From the NCBI GenBank assembly GCA_044225365.1, contig JBGAIQ010000031.1:1-60254 (forward strand): DNA of 60,254 nt, read 5' to 3'. The notes under the pieces were generated by a model that did no database searches, was not told the origin of the DNA, and worked only from the letters and a program-made list of their open reading frames with translations. The position numbers and the translations under genes were made by a program. This document shows positions 55,793-60,254 of the stretch, in pieces; the stretch's first letter is position 1; each line of letters opens with the position of its first letter. Origin of the DNA: Planctomycetota bacterium (GTDB lineage Bacteria; Planctomycetota; B15-G4; JADJEK01).

Positions 55793-56434
55793 ATGGCGAA
55801 CTACGACGACATGCCGAACTACGACGAGGACGCAGTGGCTCCGATGCGCAGTGAGCTCGTCAAGGTAGGTTTCCAGGAGCTGCGGACGGCGGAAGCCGTC
55901 GACCAGCTGTTCGCGAATACGCAGGGCACGTCCCTCGTCATCATCAACTCGGTGTGTGGCTGCGCCGCGGGCGGTGCGCGCCCCGGTGTGTCGCTCGCAC
56001 TCCAGAACGGGAAGATCCCCGACCGTCTCGCGACGGTCTTCGCGGGCCAGGACAAGGCTGCTGTCCGGCAGTTCCGCGCCAAGCTGAACAGCGTTCCTCC
56101 ATCGTCGCCGTTCATCGCGGTGTTCAAGGATGGCAAGCCGGTGAAGGTGATGCAGCGCCACGATATCGAGGGCAAGGACGCCAATCGAATCGCGGCCGAA
56201 TTGACGGAGGCGTTCGATGCGACGTGTTCGCGTTCGGGCCCCTCGATCCCGCGCGAGGAGTTCGAGAAGCTTGTCGGCGTGAAGGCCTGTGGGTCGAAGA
56301 TCCCGCCGCACACCGTCAAGATCCAGGGCATGGAGACCGGCCCGTCCGCATCGCGTCCATCGGCCGCTCCGCAGAGCGCGCCGAGCGGGGCGGAGGGCGA
56401 TGACAAGAAGGGCTGGTGGAAGCTGTTCAAGTGA
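55793..56434 (+). CDS. Bacilliredoxin BrxA/BrxB family (DUF1094) with a C-terminal extension
   Basis: GGAGG RBS, PMRSEL...GFQEL, INSVCGCAAGGARP, TVFAGQD, PPSSP, RHDIEG. Confidence 0.93.
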   Translation: MANYDDMPNYDEDAVAPMRSELVKVGFQELRTAEAVDQLFANTQGTSLVIINSVCGCAAGGARPGVSLALQNGKIPDRLATVFAGQDKAAVRQFRAKLNSVPPSSPFIAVFKDGKPVKVMQRHDIEGKDANRIAAELTEAFDATCSRSGPSIPREEFEKLVGVKACGSKIPPHTVKIQGMETGPSASRPSAAPQSAPSGAEGDDKKGWWKLFK

Positions 56435-56562
56435 GGGGCCGAAGCGCCAACGGGACCTTTCCGACCTTTTCGGGGTTTCACTCGGTTCGAAGCGGTTCCT
56501 TGGTTTCCAACGCAACGCCTCGCGGATAACTTCACGACGCTGTTCGAACGGCAGCTTCCCCG

Positions 56563-57126
56563 ATGTTTCGGGTGGCTGCCGTTCGCGTTCGGAGTCCTTC
56601 CATCGTGAACCTGCGATCTCCTGCCTCGTGCTGCTTCCTGCTGATCCTTCTCGCCGTGACGACGAGTTCGTGCTGCGCGCTCGGCTCGTTCACGGATTGG
56701 GGCTGCGCCCAGTGGATCGGCAACCAATACACGAACGCTTCGTTCGACGACGTGTACCAGATTGCGTTCCATCAGGTCGACCGCGACTACGACATCGCGA
56801 AGACCAGCGATCCGAACAAGGGTCTCATCGAAACCGAATGGGACCACGGCTCGATCGCCGAGGCTTCGCGACTCATGCAGCGCGAGCGCGTGATCGTGCA
56901 GGTCGAAGCCGAGGCCGACGCCATCACGCTGAAGCTTCGCGTGCAACGACAAGTGCGGGAGAGGACGGGTCTTCTCGCGCCCGACGACAAATCGGACGAG
57001 GATTGGTCGTACTCGACCGACGACTTCGACCGCGCCCGCGTCGTCTTTGGTCGCATCCAGGCACTGCTCGATCGGGGCGGCCCGTCCGAAGATTTCCATC
57101 GGAAGCCGATCGATCCGACGAAGTGA
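56563..57126 (+). CDS. Hypothetical exported/lipoprotein
   Basis: Hydrophobic signal ending TSSCC. KGLIETEW is reminiscent of BamC/NlpB-like lipoprotein domains. Start may be GTG 56605. Confidence 0.65.
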   Translation: MFRVAAVRVRSPSIVNLRSPASCCFLLILLAVTTSSCCALGSFTDWGCAQWIGNQYTNASFDDVYQIAFHQVDRDYDIAKTSDPNKGLIETEWDHGSIAEASRLMQRERVIVQVEAEADAITLKLRVQRQVRERTGLLAPDDKSDEDWSYSTDDFDRARVVFGRIQALLDRGGPSEDFHRKPIDPTK

Positions 57127-57137
57127 GCGTGGGCGGA

Positions 57138-58754
57138 ATGAGCGCCTCCGCCGCACGGCCCTACAACCTCGCATCCGACCTCCTCGATCGGCATCTGCTG
57201 AAGGGGCGCGGTGAGCGCGCCGCGCTCGTGTTCGAGGACAGCGCCGGGTTCACGCAGCGATTCACGTATCGCGAGCTGTCGGTGCTCGCCAACCGATTCG
57301 CCTTCGTGTTGCGGGGCCTCGGAGTGGTGCGCGGGGATCGCGTCCTGTTCCGTGTTCCGAATCATCCAGCGTTCTACTACGGCGCACTCGGCTGCGCGCG
57401 CATCGGGGCCGTATTCGTGCCGACGAGTACGCTCTTCAAGGATCGCGAGGTCGAGTATCGCTTGAAGGATTCCGGCGCGGTCGTCGCCGTCACGACATCC
57501 AGTCTGGCGCCGGCGATCGCCGCGGCACGGACCGCGGCCCCCGATCTGCGCGAAGTACTTTGTGTCGACGACATGGGCGAGGAATCGCTCGGCTCGAACT
57601 CGGCGCGCGGGATGAAGAGCCTCTCGCGGGCGATCCTCGGCGCGAAGGACCACGTGCCCGGCGCGGACACGTCGGGGGAAGATCCGGCATTCCTCGCGTA
57701 CAGCAGTGGGACCACCGGCGATCCGAAGGGCATTCTCCATTTGCAGCGTTATGGTCGCGCGTACGACTACCTGATCTCCGAGTGGCACGCCTATCGCGAC
57801 GGTGATGTGGTCGCGTGTCCCGCCGAGATCGGATGGATGCTGCCCGTCGCGTCGACGTTTCTCTACGCCTTGCGCGCGGGGATCACGGTGCTGCTCTATC
57901 GCGAACGCGAGCCCTCGTTCCGCCCCGCGAAGTGGTTCGAACTCCTCGCGCGCCATCGCGTCACGAACTTCGTGGGGACGCCGACGATCTATCGCATGCT
58001 GCTCACCGTCGAGGACGCAGAACGTCGCTTCGATCTGAAGGCGCTGCGTCACGGCACATCGGCGGGGGAGCCGTTGCCCGCGCCCACGTTCGATGAAGTG
58101 AAGCGTCGTCTCGGCTTCCCTCCGCTCGATGGGATCGGGATGAGCGAGTGCATGGTCTACGCGCACAACCGCGCGGGGGAGTCGATCGTGCCGGGATCGT
58201 GCGGGCGCGCGGGGACGGGGCTCGAACTCGAGGTGTTCGACGTGCGCGACGAATCCTTGCGACCCGTCGGGATCGGCGACGAAGGCGTACTCTGCGTGAA
58301 GCGATCGACGCACGAAGGACTGATGCGCGAATACTGGAAGAAGCCGAGTGCAACTGCCGAGGTGCTTCGCGGCGAGTGGTACGTGTCCGGCGACGTGGTG
58401 CGCCGCGACGCGGACGGTCGATTCACCTTCGTCGCTCGCGCCGACGACGTGATGAAGTGCTCGGGATATCGCATCTCACCCTTCGAGGTGGAGAGCGCTC
58501 TGCAATCCCATCCGGCGGTTCTCGAGGCGGCCGCCGTCGAATGGCGCGATGAGCTTCGCGGCAACGTGATCAAGGCGTTCGTGACGCTCCGCGATCCCGC
58601 CGCGGCCCACGCCGATCTCGCCACAGCCCTGTCGGCACACGTTCGCTCGCTGCTCGCACCGTTCAAAGCGCCGAAGCACGTCGAATTCGTGCCCACATTG
58701 CCGAAGACCCAGAGCGGGAAGATCAAACGCCGCGAGCTCCGCGACGGCCGCTAA
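57138..58754 (+). CDS. Acyl-CoA synthetase (medium-chain/benzoate-CoA ligase-like)
   Basis: YSSGTTGDPKG, SAGEPL, DGIGMSE, WYVSGD, ISPFEVE, LPKTQSGK. Confidence 0.93.
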   Translation: MSASAARPYNLASDLLDRHLLKGRGERAALVFEDSAGFTQRFTYRELSVLANRFAFVLRGLGVVRGDRVLFRVPNHPAFYYGALGCARIGAVFVPTSTLFKDREVEYRLKDSGAVVAVTTSSLAPAIAAARTAAPDLREVLCVDDMGEESLGSNSARGMKSLSRAILGAKDHVPGADTSGEDPAFLAYSSGTTGDPKGILHLQRYGRAYDYLISEWHAYRDGDVVACPAEIGWMLPVASTFLYALRAGITVLLYREREPSFRPAKWFELLARHRVTNFVGTPTIYRMLLTVEDAERRFDLKALRHGTSAGEPLPAPTFDEVKRRLGFPPLDGIGMSECMVYAHNRAGESIVPGSCGRAGTGLELEVFDVRDESLRPVGIGDEGVLCVKRSTHEGLMREYWKKPSATAEVLRGEWYVSGDVVRRDADGRFTFVARADDVMKCSGYRISPFEVESALQSHPAVLEAAAVEWRDELRGNVIKAFVTLRDPAAAHADLATALSAHVRSLLAPFKAPKHVEFVPTLPKTQSGKIKRRELRDGR

Positions 58755-59113
58755 GCGGACCGCCGGGCTCTGCCCGGCATCTTCGGAGTTCGGGATCGTG
58801 CCACCATGGGAAGGACAGCACGTCGGGCGCGCACGGGGAGCTCCGTTCGACTCCGCGCGCGGAGGACCGCGCATGCTGCGCGAACGGACTCCCCGATGCG
58901 CTTCCTGTCCTTCGAGGGGAAAGGTCATGCGGAGGCCCACTTGAAATGGAAAGGCGCCTTGGCTGGATGCCGCGGACGGCACCCCAGCCAAGGCTTTCCC
59001 CACGTGTCTTCGCGACGAACCTTATGGGGTAGGTAGGAACGCGGTCACCTTGCGCGCCCGTAGCACGGTCATCTTTGAAGGCGGCCCGGATACCGGGGTC
59101 TACCCTTTTGTCG
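58755..59113 (+). repeat. ~350-bp structured non-coding element, copy A
   Basis: Begins immediately after the TAA stop with GGACCGCCGGGCTCTGCCCGGC. Homologous to copies B and C. Confidence 0.9.
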
Positions 59114-59117
59114 ACTT

Positions 59118-59184
59118 GGACCGCCGGGCTCTGCCAGGCATTTTCTGGCGCCGCCAAATTTCTTCGGGAACGCGCCACCGTAGA
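59118..59184 (+). repeat. Truncated fourth copy (REP-like head plus first segment)
   Basis: GGACCGCCGGGCTCTGCCAGGC ... CTTCGGGAACGCGCCACCGT matches the 5' end of copy C. Confidence 0.7.
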
Positions 59185-59186
59185 CC

Positions 59187-59549
59187 GGGCCGCCGGGCCC
59201 TGCCCGGCATCTTCGGACTTCGGAGAACGTGCGCCGTGGATAGGACAGCACGTCGGGCGCGCGCGGGAGCTCCGCGCTCCGCACGCATGAGCGCGCATCT
59301 GCGCGAACGGATCCTCCGCGCGCTGCCATCCCGTCGAGAGGAATGTTCGTGGGGGCAACTTCGAAATGGCCTGAGACGCATTGGGAAGGGCGTGCCGCGG
59401 ACGGCACCCCCGCCAAGGCTTTCCCCACGTGTCTTCGCGACGAACCTTATGGGGTAGGTAGGAACGCGGTCACCTTGCGCGCCCGTAGCACAGTCATCCT
59501 TGAAGGCGGCCTGGATAGCGGGGTCTACCCTTCGTCGGCGTGATATGGA
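59187..59549 (+). repeat. ~350-bp structured element, copy B (5' half diverged)
   Basis: Same head and order of stems. 3' core is essentially identical to copy A. Confidence 0.88.
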
Positions 59550-59824
59550 CCGACCTGCTGCGACCACAATCTCCCGTGTCGGGCTGTCCCTTCGCGGCGG
59601 CCACCGAACTCGAGCATCCTCTCGTCGAAGTGCAACAGCATGATGTCGTCTTCTGGATCAAAACCACGGCCCGCTTGCGGTGATCGGTTGCGGCAGGGGT
59701 TCGTCGTGGTTCGTCGCAGAGTCACTGGCAGTGCGCTGCCATCGGTCTCGCAGTTTTGCCCTGCGATAAATCCGCCTGAACGCAGCAAAGGCGCGATACT
59801 GTCGGGCTGGCCGTTTAAGAAGAC

Positions 59825-59846
59825 GCCGGGCAGAGCCTGGCGGTTC
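59825..59846 (-). repeat. Solo REP-like hairpin
   Basis: Reverse complement reads GAACCGCCAGGCTCTGCCCGGC. Confidence 0.7.
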
Positions 59847-59863
59847 GACCCTGATCGTCGCAT

Positions 59864-60229
59864 TCCTATCTCACGCTGACGAAAGGTAGACCCCGCTAAA
59901 AGGGCCGACTTCAAAGAGGACCGTGCTACGGGCGCGCAAGGTGACCGTGTTCCTACCTACCCCATAAGGTTCGTCGCGAAGACACGTGGGGAAAGGCTTG
60001 GCTGGGGTGCCGTCCGCGGCACTCCAGGCAAGGCGCCTCGATCCATTTCAAAGTGGGCCTCCATGACCTTTCCCTTCGAAGGGAAAGAAGCGCATCGGGG
60101 AGTCCGTTCGCGCAGCATGCGCGGTCCTCCGCGCGCGGAGTCGAACGGAGCTCCCCGTGCGCGCCCGACGTACTGTCCTATCCACGGTGGTACGTTCCCG
60201 AAGTTGCCGGGCAGAGCCCGGCGGTCCGC
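59864..60229 (-). repeat. ~350-bp structured element, copy C (inverted)
   Basis: Reverse complement aligns with copy A over its full length. Confidence 0.9.
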
Positions 60230-60254
60230 CATTCACGGTGGCGCAATCCCTAAA

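Noticed and set aside
59876-59884. Hammerhead ribozyme core CTGACGA
   Set aside because: Present only in copy C. The equivalent positions differ in copies A and B.
59925-59965. Group II intron 3' end (GGGCGCG...GTTCCTACC resembles domain VI)
   Set aside because: No recognisable domain V (AGC/CGC triad hairpin) directly upstream and no RT ORF. Homology continues ~260 nt past the would-be splice site.
58755-60229. HEARO/omegaRNA or IS200/605 element, and the ORFs overlapping the repeats
   Set aside because: The size is similar, but I see no IscB, TnpB or TnpA ORF or familiar omegaRNA motifs. The overlapping ORFs change frame between copies and lack coding character.

Overview
High-GC bacterial chromosomal window. 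The gene content (many exported FG-GAP, beta-propeller and HEAT proteins, an ECF sigma coupled to a Ser/Thr kinase, a recurring C-terminal beta domain) suggests Planctomycetota; this is inference, and there is no marker gene apart from gltA. About 46 credible CDSs are called. Most other ORFs in the track are antisense or frame-shadow ORFs typical of GC-rich DNA. I saw no rRNA, tRNA, CRISPR array, transposase or integrase. Best candidates for undescribed biology: (1) a tightly overlapping ECF sigma / single-pass anti-sigma / membrane-anchored extracytoplasmic caspase-like CHAT protease triad (7.5-11.1 kb), flanked by two unusual secreted proteins, one of them ~600 aa with no lysine. (2) A ~350-bp non-coding element in three full copies plus a fragment at 58.75-60.23 kb, headed by a REP-like hairpin, with stems preserved despite sequence divergence. 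Also notable: a 35-bp-period hairpin array whose core recurs inside a duplicated nupC promoter, a Tat-exported PCO/ADO-like cupin, divergent bacilliredoxin genes, and a possible precursor of an amphipathic peptide or toxin. Starts were adjusted by eye using RBS, signal peptides and gene overlaps, and are approximate.
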